A stretch of DNA of 39,543 nt from an uncultured Actinomycetes bacterium (GTDB lineage Bacteria > Actinomycetota > Thermoleophilia > RBG-16-64-13): positions 1 to 39,543 of the forward strand of contig CAVPLM010000016.1 of NCBI GenBank assembly GCA_963706025.1, read 5' to 3'. The notes below the pieces were generated by a model. It had not been told where the DNA came from and made no database searches. It worked only from the letters and a program-made list of their open reading frames with translations. The position numbers and the translations under genes are program-made. Positions 20,103 to 30,284 of this stretch are shown here, in pieces (the first letter of the stretch is position 1; each line of letters starts with the position of its first letter).

Positions 20103-21848
20103 CTATGCATCGATCCAGCCGTCCTCAGCCCAACCGCGCATGAGCCAATAACGACGTACGCGCGCTTCAAGTTCCTCCCGATCCAAAGCTGGGGCCCCGT
20201 CAATAGGGTCCCTAAAAAAGCGGTCGGCAACCGTGTCATCCGCGGGACTGAGACCGAAAGCGAAGTTGAGCCGTCGTATTCGGGTGGCAACATCTGTGCA
20301 GAGACTCTGTAGCTCTTGCTTGCTGACCGGGCTACCGTGGAGCTGGCCGACGACGGAAGCGATAGTGTCCCAGCTCATGAAATCGCGATAGAACCGGCAC
20401 ATGGTCAACGAGTCGAGCAGAATCATACGGTCCTCGAAGTCGATGTAGGTTCGGACATACGCCTCGTCGTCCATCCCGTCCAGGACTCCGCCCAGTTCCG
20501 GTTTGTAGAAGGTGGCGCGAAGGTGGCAGGCGCCGCGTACACTCACCGCGTAGCTCAAAGCCATGCCCTTGAGTCTGCGCGGGTCATAGCCGGCTGGGTC
20601 CAAACCTTTGGTCGTGACCGACCACTCGCTCATCCCGAAATACCGGGCGGCATGATCCATCCCTTCTGCAAGAACATCACCGAGAGGTGTGGAGCGATGG
20701 GCGATAGCGTCGAGAAGTACGCCTATCACCGCGGCGTCACCCCAGGCCGGACCATCATCTAGCAGGCCCAAATCCTTGCCCTTCATGGCCAGAGCGACCA
20801 GATTCCCGGTGCTCATCGTGTCAAGGCCTAGGTGATTGCAGCGTTCGTTGAGCTTAGCCACATCACGGGCATGGCGCACCATACATGATCCGCCAAAGAC
20901 GTAGAGCGTCTCGTACTCTGGCCCGTGCAACTCCCGGCCCGTTTCGGGCCCTTCGGTGAGGACAAGGCGCTTGCGACAGCGCATTGGGCACGGTGGACAG
21001 GTGTCGGTTTCGATCCTCGCCCAGTCCGGCCAGGTCTCAGCCTCCAGTTCGCGCCTGTGCTCAACGGTCCCCTTGCTGAAGAAACTGCCGGGGAAAGCAC
21101 CGGCCTCGTTCACTATGGCTACCATCATCGGCGTGCCGAAGCGGCGATAGTTGCCAGCCACCGGCGCCTCTGTCGCCAGTCTGGAGACCCCACGCCGCGT
21201 CGCTACGAAATCGTCTGAGGCGGCAAGCTTGAGCGGCCCGGAAGACGTCACCGTTATCGCCTTCAGCTTCTTGCTTCCCAGGACCGCTCCCATCCCTCCT
21301 CGGCCCAGGGTGTGAGCTTGTTCGTGCATCACGCTGGCAACCTTCACGAGGTTCTCCCCTGCCACGCCGATGGAGAGCACCGCAGACCGTTTGTCGAGTT
21401 GTGCCCACAGCCGGGCCTCGACATCGAATGTGTCGCGGCCCCAGAGGTCATCCGCGGGGAGGACGGTGGCGCCGTCTTTCGTGATGTGGACTCTCACCGG
21501 GCTGCCCGCGGCACCGGATATGACAACCGCATCCCATTCCGTCTCCCGGAGCGTGCGGGCGAATGTCCCGCCGCAGTAGCTCTCCAGCCAGATGCCGGTG
21601 AGAGGGCTCTTGGTGAACGCCCCGAAACGATCCGAGCCAGACATGCCGAAGGCAGCGATGGGGCTGGGGGTCAGTGCGACGATATTGCCGGGTTGGAGTG
21701 GCCCCACGTCGGGGTCGAGGTACTTCTCCAAGAGCCGCATGCCGAGCGCCTTTCCCCCGAGACCGAGCATCCCTGCCGTGTCGATGCGATCGACGCGAGA
21801 GCTGCGGGACGCGAGATCGACAACCAGCACGGTCCGCGTTTCGGTCAT
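20103..21848 (-). CDS. Aldehyde:ferredoxin oxidoreductase (W/Mo-pterin AOR family)
   Basis: KSPLTG, GRGGMGAVLGSKKLKAI, CPPCPMRC, GPEYET, LGLDTMSTG, RGACHL and DSLTMCRF motifs. Confidence 0.92.
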   Translation of the reverse strand: MTETRTVLVVDLASRSSRVDRIDTAGMLGLGGKALGMRLLEKYLDPDVGPLQPGNIVALTPSPIAAFGMSGSDRFGAFTKSPLTGIWLESYCGGTFARTLRETEWDAVVISGAAGSPVRVHITKDGATVLPADDLWGRDTFDVEARLWAQLDKRSAVLSIGVAGENLVKVASVMHEQAHTLGRGGMGAVLGSKKLKAITVTSSGPLKLAASDDFVATRRGVSRLATEAPVAGNYRRFGTPMMVAIVNEAGAFPGSFFSKGTVEHRRELEAETWPDWARIETDTCPPCPMRCRKRLVLTEGPETGRELHGPEYETLYVFGGSCMVRHARDVAKLNERCNHLGLDTMSTGNLVALAMKGKDLGLLDDGPAWGDAAVIGVLLDAIAHRSTPLGDVLAEGMDHAARYFGMSEWSVTTKGLDPAGYDPRRLKGMALSYAVSVRGACHLRATFYKPELGGVLDGMDDEAYVRTYIDFEDRMILLDSLTMCRFYRDFMSWDTIASVVGQLHGSPVSKQELQSLCTDVATRIRRLNFAFGLSPADDTVADRFFRDPIDGAPALDREELEARVRRYWLMRGWAEDGWIDA

Positions 21849-21902
21849 GCGTGCGTCCTTTCTAGAGGCCCCTTTTCCAGTCCATCCGACTTCTCCTGTG
21901 TG

Positions 21903-22419
21903 TCACGCGGTCACATATCCCTCATCGATGAGAATCTGCATCACCTTCTCGGCAGCCGTTCTCGTGACCACGGGGCAGTGCTCGGTGTGGCCGCCGGCCG
22001 CCACGAACGCGTCAAGCCCATCTTGGAAGTTCGTGTTGAACGAGCGGCCCATCAGTTTCTCCTGAACACCGCGACAGTCGATACTCCAGAAGGTCTCCTT
22101 GAAATGATTCGTCAGACGCTGTCCGAGCTCGAACGAGCGGAACATCTTCTCTTTGTCGGCCCACGAGTCAAGGTCTCGGCCGGAATATAGAACTAAGAAC
22201 CATCACACCACCCGATACGGCTCCGCAAACGTTCCCGGTGTTCGCGCAACCTCCGCAGAGACCAGTTGCGGACTTGAAAACCCCCTCATTGACCACGTCA
22301 TCGCCCATGACTTCCCTGAACGCCCCAAGGACCGCTTGAGCGCATCCCGAGTACTGCTTCTCGTTGTCATAGGCCAGTTTGCCTACTCTCTCGATCATTG
22401 CCTTCTCCGAATCCTTCAT
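21903..22419 (-). CDS. C-GCAxxG-C-C family putative redox protein; frameshift near 22175
   Basis: GCAQAVL...GLCGG...VCGAVSGG in the first ORF, and IDCRGVQ...EHCP in the second ORF. Confidence 0.8.
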
Positions 22420-22453
22420 ACTATGTGCCCTCCCTTTCTTGATGTGCTTCGGC

Positions 22454-22765
22454 TCAGCTTCCGAAGACCGTGTCTCCGCTCTTGTTGTCGATCACAGGCA
22501 GTCCATCGAAACGGATCGCGCCAACAGGGACTTCTCCGTTGACTGCCTCCGTGACCATGCCCAGACCGATATTGCCAAAGCCGGCACACAGTTCGAGCAT
22601 TACGCAACCCGCTGCAACGAGATCCTTCGCAACACTCATGGCGGAGCTATAGTCAGGGACCGCGACCACTTCGACCTCTACTCCGTCGGGTGATGGTTGT
22701 CTCATGCGGTGAACTGCCGGGTCGGCTCCCTTCGCTAAATAGATGTAGGCAAATCTGACTGCCAT
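22454..22765 (-). CDS. Small conserved protein (DUF6506-like)
   Basis: FAYIY...VVAV...AKDLVAAGCVMLELCAGFG...VPVGAIRF pattern, with an AAGGAGG RBS before ATG 22765. Confidence 0.65.
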   Translation of the reverse strand: MAVRFAYIYLAKGADPAVHRMRQPSPDGVEVEVVAVPDYSSAMSVAKDLVAAGCVMLELCAGFGNIGLGMVTEAVNGEVPVGAIRFDGLPVIDNKSGDTVFGS

Positions 22766-22832
22766 TCGGGTACCTCCTTGTTGATTATTACGTGGGTATC
22801 GCTGGCGCGACTTCGTTCGCATGTCGGTGTCA

Positions 22833-22945
22833 CTACGGGAGCCCGCCCCAGTATCTCCGGTAGAGAAGGTGGTCGTGTGTGTCCGCTCCGACCTCACCTG
22901 TGGAGAGGTCGACTCTCAGGACGTTCTGGTTGCAACCAAGAACAG
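22833..22945 (-). pseudogene. N-terminal stump of a third AOR gene
   Basis: GCNQNVLRVDLSTGEVGADTHDHLLYRRYWGG* aligns by eye with the N-terminus of the AOR at 32209 (GFHGKTLRIDLTTGRTWVDAHDETFYRRYWGG). Confidence 0.75.
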
Positions 22946-22992
22946 CTCCTGCGATCCTCGGCAGGATGTCTAGCGGAGTAGACCCATAACGT

Positions 22993-24017
22993 TCACGGAA
23001 CAAGCAAGATCTTCGCGCCTTCTTTGCCAACTGCCATCTCGAACGCCTCTTCCCATCTGCGGAGGGGAAGCACCGCAGAAACGAGAGTCTCGAGCGAAAG
23101 CGTTCCTCGTTCCATCAGCCTGAGGGCCCGATCCCACGAACTCGAGTTCGATCTGCAGCATCCGATCAACCGAATATCCTTGAGTACGGCCTGGTCCCAG
23201 TCGAACCCCACCGGTCTTCCGAAAAGGCCGAGTTGAACGAAGCTGCCCCGTCTTTCGAGAAGGTCGAGGCCGATCTGGACTGCTGGTGACGCACCGGAAC
23301 ACTCGATCACGAAGTCGACCTTGCCGCAGCCCAACAGATCGCCATGCTCTTCCGTGGTGTCGCCGTCCAGTTCGATGATCCGATCGGCACCCAGTTCGCG
23401 GCCGAGATCGAGCCGTCTTCTGTCGCTGCTGAGACCGGCCAATATGACCAGCGCGCCTTGGAGCTTTGCAAGCCGTGTACAAATGAGGCCGATGGGGCCA
23501 GGGCCAGTTATCAATACGCGATCGGCCGCCTTGATGCACACTGCTTCTCTTGGATGGCCTTGACGCAGCAGGCCACGGGTTCGGCGAGGGCCCCTACCTC
23601 GAAACTGACTCCGGGTGGCAGATGCCTGACAACGTGGGCAGGCAGAACCAAGTAAGGGGCGAACGCGCCATCCAGACCGCTGCCGAAAGACAGGCGTTCT
23701 TCGCACAGCGCAGGTTCGCCATTGAGGCAGTGTGGACAACGCCCGCACGTGTGGGCGAACGGGAGTGCGGTGACATGATCGCCGACGCGAAACTCGTCCA
23801 CCCCCGCACCCGCCTCGACGATTTCTCCTGCCATTTCATGACCAAGAACCACCGGCGGGCTGTACGGGTACTCGTCACGCATGATGTGAATGTCCGTCCC
23901 ACAGACTCCTGCTGCCTTGACAGCGATCTTCACGGAGCCTGGGATCACCTGAGGCTCTGGTATCTCTCGTAGCTCCAGTTTGCCCGGACCGCTGGCGTAT
24001 TTGACAAGACCCAGCAT
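22993..24017 (-). CDS. Zinc-dependent alcohol/polyol dehydrogenase (MDR family); frameshift near 23545
   Basis: GVCGTD, LGHE, CGRCPHCLNGEPALC, EPVAC and GPGPIG motifs. Confidence 0.88.
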
Positions 24018-24058
24018 GATGTCGCCGCCTAGAATGACCTGGGGATTTGCGCAGTAGC

Positions 24059-25162
24059 CTACGGAATGGCCACGCCGCTTTCGGCATCAAATAGGTGAGC
24101 TTGGCCAAGATCGAAGCCCACGTAGACTATTTCGCCTATATCGGGCCTGAGAGCGGCGTCCGCCCTGATCTTGACGGTCTGCTCTCCGATCTTCACCGTC
24201 ACGTGCGTCTCACGTCCAACGATCTCCGCGAGGTAGACCTCGCCTGAGATCGGGGCGTCTGGATGCGGGCTACTGGCGAATCGGGTATCTGCGGGACGCA
24301 CTCCCAGGAGAACGTTGGGCGATGGAGCGGACTTCGCTCGCCTCAGTAGGCCACCCTCGAGGGGCAGTTGTACCCCGTCAAGGGCAAAGTAGGTGTTGCC
24401 GTCTGCGGCCGTCAGCGAGCCTTCCATAATGCTCATGGGAGGATCACCCAGAAAGCCGGCCACAAACCGGTTGGCGGGCCTATCGTAGACGTCCTCCGGT
24501 GTTCCGATCTGCTGGACCACACCGTGATTCAGGACCGCGATCAAATCAGCCATCGAGAGAGCTTCAGCTTGGTCCGGTGTTGCGTAGATCGCAGTCGTCC
24601 CGAAGTCCTTCTGCATGCGCTTCAGCTCAGCGCGCATCAGATAGCGCAGCTTGGCATCCAGGTGAGCAATGGGCTCGTCCAGAAGGAACACCTGCGGCTG
24701 CCTCACGAGGCTGCGGGCAAGCGCGACTCTCTGTTTCTGTCCACCACTCAATTCGTTTGGTCGCCGCTCGAGGAGTTCATCGATCTGCAGCATGCCCGCT
24801 ATGTGTTCGACTCGCTCTTTTGTCTGGGCGCGGCTGTACTGCTTCTTCCTTCCTGGAGATCGAAGTGGAAAGGCCACGTTGTCGAACACCGAAAGGTGCG
24901 GGTAAAGCGCGTAGTTCTCAAAAGCCAATGCGACGTCGCGAAATCGCGGTTCGAGCTGGCTAACCGGGCTGGCGCCGATATGGATTTCGCCATCGTCAAT
25001 CTCTTCCAGGCCAGCGATAGAACGCAGTATCGACGTCTTCCCTGCTCCTGAGGGACCGAGAATGAACAGGAAACACTGGTCCGGGCAAGTGATCGTCACG
25101 CCGTCGAGGGCCTTGACCCGCCCGTAGGACTTCGTAACATTCTGGAGCTCTACGCTCGCCAT
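24059..25162 (-). CDS. Sugar/polyol ABC ATP-binding protein (MalK-like) with non-canonical H-loop
   Basis: GPSGAGKT, LSGGQKQRVALAR and LLDEP motifs. YATPDQ replaces YVTHDQ. C-terminal TOBE-like region. Confidence 0.92.
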   Translation of the reverse strand: MASVELQNVTKSYGRVKALDGVTITCPDQCFLFILGPSGAGKTSILRSIAGLEEIDDGEIHIGASPVSQLEPRFRDVALAFENYALYPHLSVFDNVAFPLRSPGRKKQYSRAQTKERVEHIAGMLQIDELLERRPNELSGGQKQRVALARSLVRQPQVFLLDEPIAHLDAKLRYLMRAELKRMQKDFGTTAIYATPDQAEALSMADLIAVLNHGVVQQIGTPEDVYDRPANRFVAGFLGDPPMSIMEGSLTAADGNTYFALDGVQLPLEGGLLRRAKSAPSPNVLLGVRPADTRFASSPHPDAPISGEVYLAEIVGRETHVTVKIGEQTVKIRADAALRPDIGEIVYVGFDLGQAHLFDAESGVAIP

Positions 25163-25192
25163 AGTTCGTACATCCTCTGTTCTTGGCTTTGT

Positions 25193-26293
25193 TCAGGCCA
25201 GAAGATTAGTTCCGTTGCTTTCGTCAAAGACGTGGACTCGAGACATATCTACTTCGAGGGCCACCTGTTCATCCTGTCCCCCGAGGCGTCGCGGATCCGC
25301 TGCCGCAAGGACCGGTTGCCCACCTATTTCCACTTCCACCTCGGCGCGGTCTCCGAGAGGCTCCCAAGCTATCGCGCGACCGGAGATCGTGCCGGCCTCT
25401 CCGTAAGGACCGGTGCACACGTTCAGGTCAATGGACCGGACACCAAGCACCACATTGCGACACGACGCTCCGCATACCTTCGTTGTCATCTCGCCATCAA
25501 GCAGCAGCGAGAACCCCTCACCCACAAGCCTAGCCTGACCGTTTTCTGTGGATAGCTCGCACCGCAACATGTTCATGGGGGGCGAGCCGATGAAGCCGGC
25601 CACGAACATGTTCGCCGGATGATCGAATAGCTCGAAGGGCTTGCCGACCTGCTGGAGCACGCCCAGGTTCATGACGGCGATCCTGTCGGCGATAGCCAGG
25701 GCCTCGAGCTGATCGTGTGTAACGTAGATGGTGGTGGCTTTCGTGGTGATGTGAAGACGCCTGAGCTCGCCTCGCAAGTCGATCCTCAGTTGGGCGTCCA
25801 GGTGCGAGATAGGTTCATCCATCAGAAACACGGCAGGTTCGCGGACGATGGCTCGCCCGATGCCCACTCTCTGCTTCTGGCCTCCACTCAAACCACGAAC
25901 TCGTTTGGGGAGAAGGTCGACGATAGCAAGCACCTTGGCTGCATGCATGACCCTCTCTTCGATCATCGCCTTTGGCATGCCGCGGGCTACGAGAGGTGTG
26001 GCCATGTTCTGCCGGACGGTCATGTGGGGATAGAGAGCATAGTTCTCAAAAATCATGGCGATGTTGCGGTCTCTCGGGGGTACTTCATTGATCAACTGGT
26101 CGCCGATGTAGATCTCGCCCGAGGTAACGGACTCGAGGCCGGCCACCATGCGCAGCGTGGTCGTCTTGCCGCATCCAGACGGCCCTATCAGGCAAAGGAG
26201 TTCACCGTCCTCGATATCGAGATCGAGGCTCTTTACCGCCTCGACAGACGTGCCGTAGGTCTTATAGAGACCCTTGATACTGATGTTGCTCAT
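25193..26293 (-). CDS. Sugar/polyol ABC ATP-binding protein (MalK-like)
   Basis: GPSGCGKTT, LSGGQKQRVGIGR, LMDEP and YVTHDQ motifs, with a GGAGG RBS before ATG 26293. Confidence 0.93.
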   Translation of the reverse strand: MSNISIKGLYKTYGTSVEAVKSLDLDIEDGELLCLIGPSGCGKTTTLRMVAGLESVTSGEIYIGDQLINEVPPRDRNIAMIFENYALYPHMTVRQNMATPLVARGMPKAMIEERVMHAAKVLAIVDLLPKRVRGLSGGQKQRVGIGRAIVREPAVFLMDEPISHLDAQLRIDLRGELRRLHITTKATTIYVTHDQLEALAIADRIAVMNLGVLQQVGKPFELFDHPANMFVAGFIGSPPMNMLRCELSTENGQARLVGEGFSLLLDGEMTTKVCGASCRNVVLGVRSIDLNVCTGPYGEAGTISGRAIAWEPLGDRAEVEVEIGGQPVLAAADPRRLGGQDEQVALEVDMSRVHVFDESNGTNLLA

Positions 26294-26312
26294 CGTTTGT
26301 CTTCCGCCTCCC

Positions 26313-27240
26313 TCACTTGACAGCACCGAAGGTGAGACCTCTTACCAGGTACTTCTGCAGTATGAACGTGAATATGAGGATCGGGAGGACAGCCACGAAG
26401 GCAACAGCCATAAAAGTGCCCCAGTCGATCCCCATAGAGGTTGAGAATCCGGTAATACTCACGGGGATGGTCTTCGCCTGGGTTCGGGTAAGGATCAGCG
26501 CGAAAAGGAATTCATTCCAGGAGAATATGGCCGAGAATACCGCGACGGCGGCGAGGCCGGGTTTCACCAGGGGCAAAGCCACTCGCAGAAAGACCTGCAG
26601 GCGACTGTAACCATCCACGAGCGCAGATTCCTCGAGTTCGCGCGGGATCTCGAGGAAGAAACCCCTGAGAAGCCAAACCGAGAAGGACAAGGTTCATAGC
26701 GACGTAGAGACAATAAGCGCGATATGGGTGTCCAGCAGCCCAAGCCCCGACATCAGTACGAACATCGGGACGATGAAGGCTATGGGCGGAGCCATCCTGG
26801 TTGACAGTATCCAGAAGGATAGATTACTACTCCCACGGAACTTGTACCGCGCGAGACCATAGCCGGCCGTGGCGCCGAACACCACCGATACGATCGTGCT
26901 CCCCACGACCACGATGATACTATTGACCAAGAACGGCAACTGGCTTGTACCCGCGTTCAAGGAACGCTTTTTATAGTTATCCAAGGTCGGCTCGAAAAGC
27001 CAGACCGGCGGGCTGGCAAAGATGTCGACCTGGGTCTTCAGAGAGGTCAGAAGAGATCACCACCAGTGGAAAGAGGCAGAAGCACAGGAATAGCACGGCC
27101 ACTGCATAGAGCGCGAGTCTTCCAGCCAGTGCCCCTGCGGCGGGGGCCTTGGCGACCGCCACTCGGCTGGAACCGCCCTCGATACGTCCGAGGCCATTGA
27201 TCACTGTAGGTTCAGGATCGAATCCGGTGTCCTTGTTCAT
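26313..27240 (-). CDS. Carbohydrate ABC permease (MalG-like), frameshifted twice
   Basis: NSIIV..AGYGLARY, ELEESALVDG (EAA loop) and FSWNEF segments lie across three frames. Confidence 0.85.
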
Positions 27241-27265
27241 CGAGCAGACCTTCCTATGACTGTTT

Positions 27266-28171
27266 TCATGATGTGGTCGCCTCGCGTTTCTGTAGCCAGC
27301 GAACGAAGATCTGGCTGATCAGAAGAATGAGCACCAGCATCAGAATCGCCATCGCGGCGGCATACCCTATGTCAAAGAACTGGAAGGCGTGCCGGTAGAT
27401 GTAGTAGGACATGGTCTCGGTCGCCCCGGCGGGACCCCCCGAAGTCATCTGATAGACGATGTCGAAGACTTTGAACGCATCCATGACCCGCAGCAGTGTC
27501 ACTATGAGGAGCACGGGGGCGAGCAGGGGTAACGTGACCTTCCGGAACGTCTGGAACCGAGTCAGTCCGTCGATCTGAGCCGCCTCATAGACATACTCGG
27601 GCAGGCTGTGCAGGCCGGCGAGTACTACCAGCATGATGAAAGGCGTCCACTGCCAGAAATCGGCGATCACGATCGCCAGCATGGCTAGAGGGCCGTTCGT
27701 CAACCAAGGCACGGAGGTCCCCAGAGCCCAGTTGACGACTCCGTAGCGCTGGTTGAACATGTAGAAGAAGATCAGCCCGGTGACGATGGGCATGACCATG
27801 ACGGGGATGACTGCGAACTTGCGTATGGTGGGCATTCCGCGGAGTCTCTGGTTCAAGACGAACGCCAGCGCGAACCCCACCAAGAACTGGAGCCCCACGG
27901 CGAAGACCACGAAGATGATCGTCCGCCATGTGCTGTTGATGAACCCTGGATCGGTGAAGGCGTGCGCGTAGTTCGAGAAGCCGGCCCAGCCCTGGAAGCG
28001 CGGAGTTCGAGCCATGTTGTAGTTCTGGAAGCTCAGAATCAGTGCGTACACGAAGGGAAACATGAAGAGCACGCCCAAGAGCAGCGTCGGCGGGGCAACA
28101 AGGAGCAGGGCTGCGTTGCGCCTGGCGACACGGTCACTGCCTGGCTTGCGAGTGGATCTCGAGAATCGCAA
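27266..28171 (-). CDS. Carbohydrate ABC permease (MalF-like)
   Basis: GFSNY, WQWTPF, YEAAQIDG and FKVFDIV...TSGGP motifs. Confidence 0.92.
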   Translation of the reverse strand: MRFSRSTRKPGSDRVARRNAALLLVAPPTLLLGVLFMFPFVYALILSFQNYNMARTPRFQGWAGFSNYAHAFTDPGFINSTWRTIIFVVFAVGLQFLVGFALAFVLNQRLRGMPTIRKFAVIPVMVMPIVTGLIFFYMFNQRYGVVNWALGTSVPWLTNGPLAMLAIVIADFWQWTPFIMLVVLAGLHSLPEYVYEAAQIDGLTRFQTFRKVTLPLLAPVLLIVTLLRVMDAFKVFDIVYQMTSGGPAGATETMSYYIYRHAFQFFDIGYAAAMAILMLVLILLISQIFVRWLQKREATTS

Positions 28172-28191
28172 TCCTATTTCCTTTCTGGACC

Positions 28192-28224
28192 CGCCAGAGC
28201 CGGCCGGACAGCGCCGGCTCTGGC
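28192..28224. terminator. Intercistronic stem-loop after the binding-protein gene
   Basis: cgccagagccggc...gccggctctggcg inverted repeat. Confidence 0.6.
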
Positions 28225-28255
28225 GATAGGGGTGGGCCAGACGCGGCCGGCCTGA

Positions 28256-29770
28256 CTAAATGTATCCGGCCTTCTTCATGATATCGGTGAGCCCCTGCTG
28301 CATCTTTTCATTCGCCTGCTCGGGGCCCATTAGGCCGCTCAGCATCTCGTGGTAGACCGTGCCGAACAGGTCACAGGACTGGTTCCACTCCGGAATGGCA
28401 TGTCGCATCCAATCCTGCAACTGGCCCTTCATTGCGAGGTCCAACACCACCGGCATCGAGGGGAAGGCCTCCTGGAGCTCGGGGTCCTTCATGATAGAGA
28501 ACCGAGGCATTCCGCTGTTGCCCTGCAGGGCCAGTATCTTGAGCTGGGGGAAGGAGGTGAACCAGGAGAGGAATCTCCAAGCCAGGTCCATTTTTCCGGG
28601 CTCAAGGTTCTTGGATAGCCCAAGCGCCCATCCGCCCATGGGGCTAAACGGCTCCTGGCCAGGCGCCACTGGCGTGGCCGCGCAACTCCATTTGTCGACG
28701 ATCACCGACTTCGTGGGGTCTTGCAGCCATGCGGCACGAGCACCCCACTCGTAACACATCGGGGCTTGGCCCTGCGCAAACATACGGAGCCGCTCATCCC
28801 ACCCGATGTTAAGAAGATCCGGGGCGGTGACCTTCTGGCATTCCAGAATGTAGTTGGCAGCCGCCAAGGCTTCTGGGGTATCCATGTTCGGGGTCATATC
28901 TGGCTTGAGCCAGTCATTGCCGAAAGCCGCGTTGGCATGGATCATCTGCTGCCCGAGGGGCTGGCCACGCTGCCCGTTGAGCAGTACCCCGTAGAAGTTT
29001 TTGTCGGGATTATGAAAGTGCTTGGCAGCGGCCAGTAGTTCGTCAGTCGTGGTCGGGATGAGTATCTTGTCTTGTTCGAGCAGATCTTTGCGGAAGTAGA
29101 GGATCTCCGGATGCGGTTGCACCGGTAGAGCCTGCAGTTCATCCTTGACGGTACAGGACTTGATATAGGCATCCGGGAAGTCCTTCATGTCTACATCGTA
29201 TTTGGCGACGTACTCGTTGAGTGGTGCGTACACGCCAGCCGCATTGAACTCCCCAGCCCAGAGCCAATCCATCGCTATGATGTCGTACGCAGTCTGCTTC
29301 TGCGTCGCATTCAGCAAGGCTTTCTGGTGATTACCGTCGTAGGGCACGATGTCCATCTCGATCTTGCACCCGGCCAGTGAGGCCCATTCCGCAAGATTCG
29401 GCTGCATGGCCTGAGGCCAGACATCGGCAGCGGTTAGGATACGAATAGTATTCCCCTCCCCAGGAGGCGTTGTGCTTACCTCCGCGTAGGTCACTTCGAA
29501 ACCGCCCGCGGCAGCGGTGGTGGTCGCCCCCGCGGCAGTGGTGGTGGTCGCCCCCGCGGTAGTGGTGGTCTCGCCACCGGCTGCAGCGGTAGTGGTGGTC
29601 GTTTCTTCTTCGCCGCAGGCGGCGAGCACGCCTGCAAGCCCACCTCCGACCGCGACCGTCGCACCTGCAAGGGCGGCGATTTTTAGAAACTCGCGACGGC
29701 TGTAGGGCCCGCCTTCCACAACAGGACTCTGCTCCGTGCCTTTGCCGTTCTCGTCTACGTTGCGGTCCAC
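28256..29770 (-). CDS. Sugar/polyol ABC substrate-binding lipoprotein with twin-arginine signal
   Basis: SRREFLK Tat motif, lipobox LAAC, Thr/Ala tandem linker, and YDIIAMD, LYFRKDLL and GGWALG motifs. Confidence 0.88.
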   Translation of the reverse strand: MDRNVDENGKGTEQSPVVEGGPYSRREFLKIAALAGATVAVGGGLAGVLAACGEEETTTTTAAAGGETTTTAGATTTTAAGATTTAAAGGFEVTYAEVSTTPPGEGNTIRILTAADVWPQAMQPNLAEWASLAGCKIEMDIVPYDGNHQKALLNATQKQTAYDIIAMDWLWAGEFNAAGVYAPLNEYVAKYDVDMKDFPDAYIKSCTVKDELQALPVQPHPEILYFRKDLLEQDKILIPTTTDELLAAAKHFHNPDKNFYGVLLNGQRGQPLGQQMIHANAAFGNDWLKPDMTPNMDTPEALAAANYILECQKVTAPDLLNIGWDERLRMFAQGQAPMCYEWGARAAWLQDPTKSVIVDKWSCAATPVAPGQEPFSPMGGWALGLSKNLEPGKMDLAWRFLSWFTSFPQLKILALQGNSGMPRFSIMKDPELQEAFPSMPVVLDLAMKGQLQDWMRHAIPEWNQSCDLFGTVYHEMLSGLMGPEQANEKMQQGLTDIMKKAGYI

Positions 29771-29875
29771 TGAACTTGCCCCCTTATTAACGAACCAGAT
29801 TGACCCAGCCTCTGCTTGCCCCAGTCAGCGTCTCCTTCGTATGGCCTCCTTTCTACCATAAGACCGGTAGATCAT

Positions 29876-29906
29876 ATGTATACCGCATACCTAATACCAA
29901 ATGCAA
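29876..29906 (-). promoter_or_regulatory. Promoter/operator of the ABC-ADH operon
   Basis: atgtataccgcatacc-N9-atgcaa has the same layout as 32241-32271. It reads TTGCAT-N18-TATACA on the minus strand. Confidence 0.65.
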
Positions 29907-30014
29907 ACGGTCAGTGAGTCCGTGCGCAGAAGTCCTGTTACCGACGACCTGGTTGGTCTTGCCCCCTTCAACCTCCCTAACCTCCGGTACGCATTCCGGG
30001 GAACATCCCGCACG

Positions 30015-30284
30015 TCATCCGCCAGCCGCAGGCATGAGAACGGTAATCACATCCCCCGACGTCAGCACCCAATCATTCTTTCGTGGTTGCCCGTTGACAA
30101 AGAAACTGACGCCGTAGGTTCCGTTCGGCTGCCGAATCGCACGCTCCACATTCCGGCCTCCTTGCTGGACCAGCAACTCCACTGCCCCGGCGAGAGTGGA
30201 CCCCTCAGGAACGTTCAGCAACACCTCCCTTGCACCCCAAGCCAACCGCAGTACGCCGTGGAGCTCAATCGTGAGGTTCATCAT
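30015..30284 (-). CDS. MoaD/ThiS-family sulfur carrier
   Basis: Ubiquitin-like size, FVNG, GDVITVLMPAAGG C-terminal diglycine. It overlaps the AOR stop. Confidence 0.88.
   Translation of the reverse strand: MMNLTIELHGVLRLAWGAREVLLNVPEGSTLAGAVELLVQQGGRNVERAIRQPNGTYGVSFFVNGQPRKNDWVLTSGDVITVLMPAAGG

Noticed and set aside
21903-22419. Selenocysteine recoding in the C-GCAxxG-C-C protein
   Set aside because: The motif positions are Cys codons, and the break is a frame change rather than an in-frame TGA.
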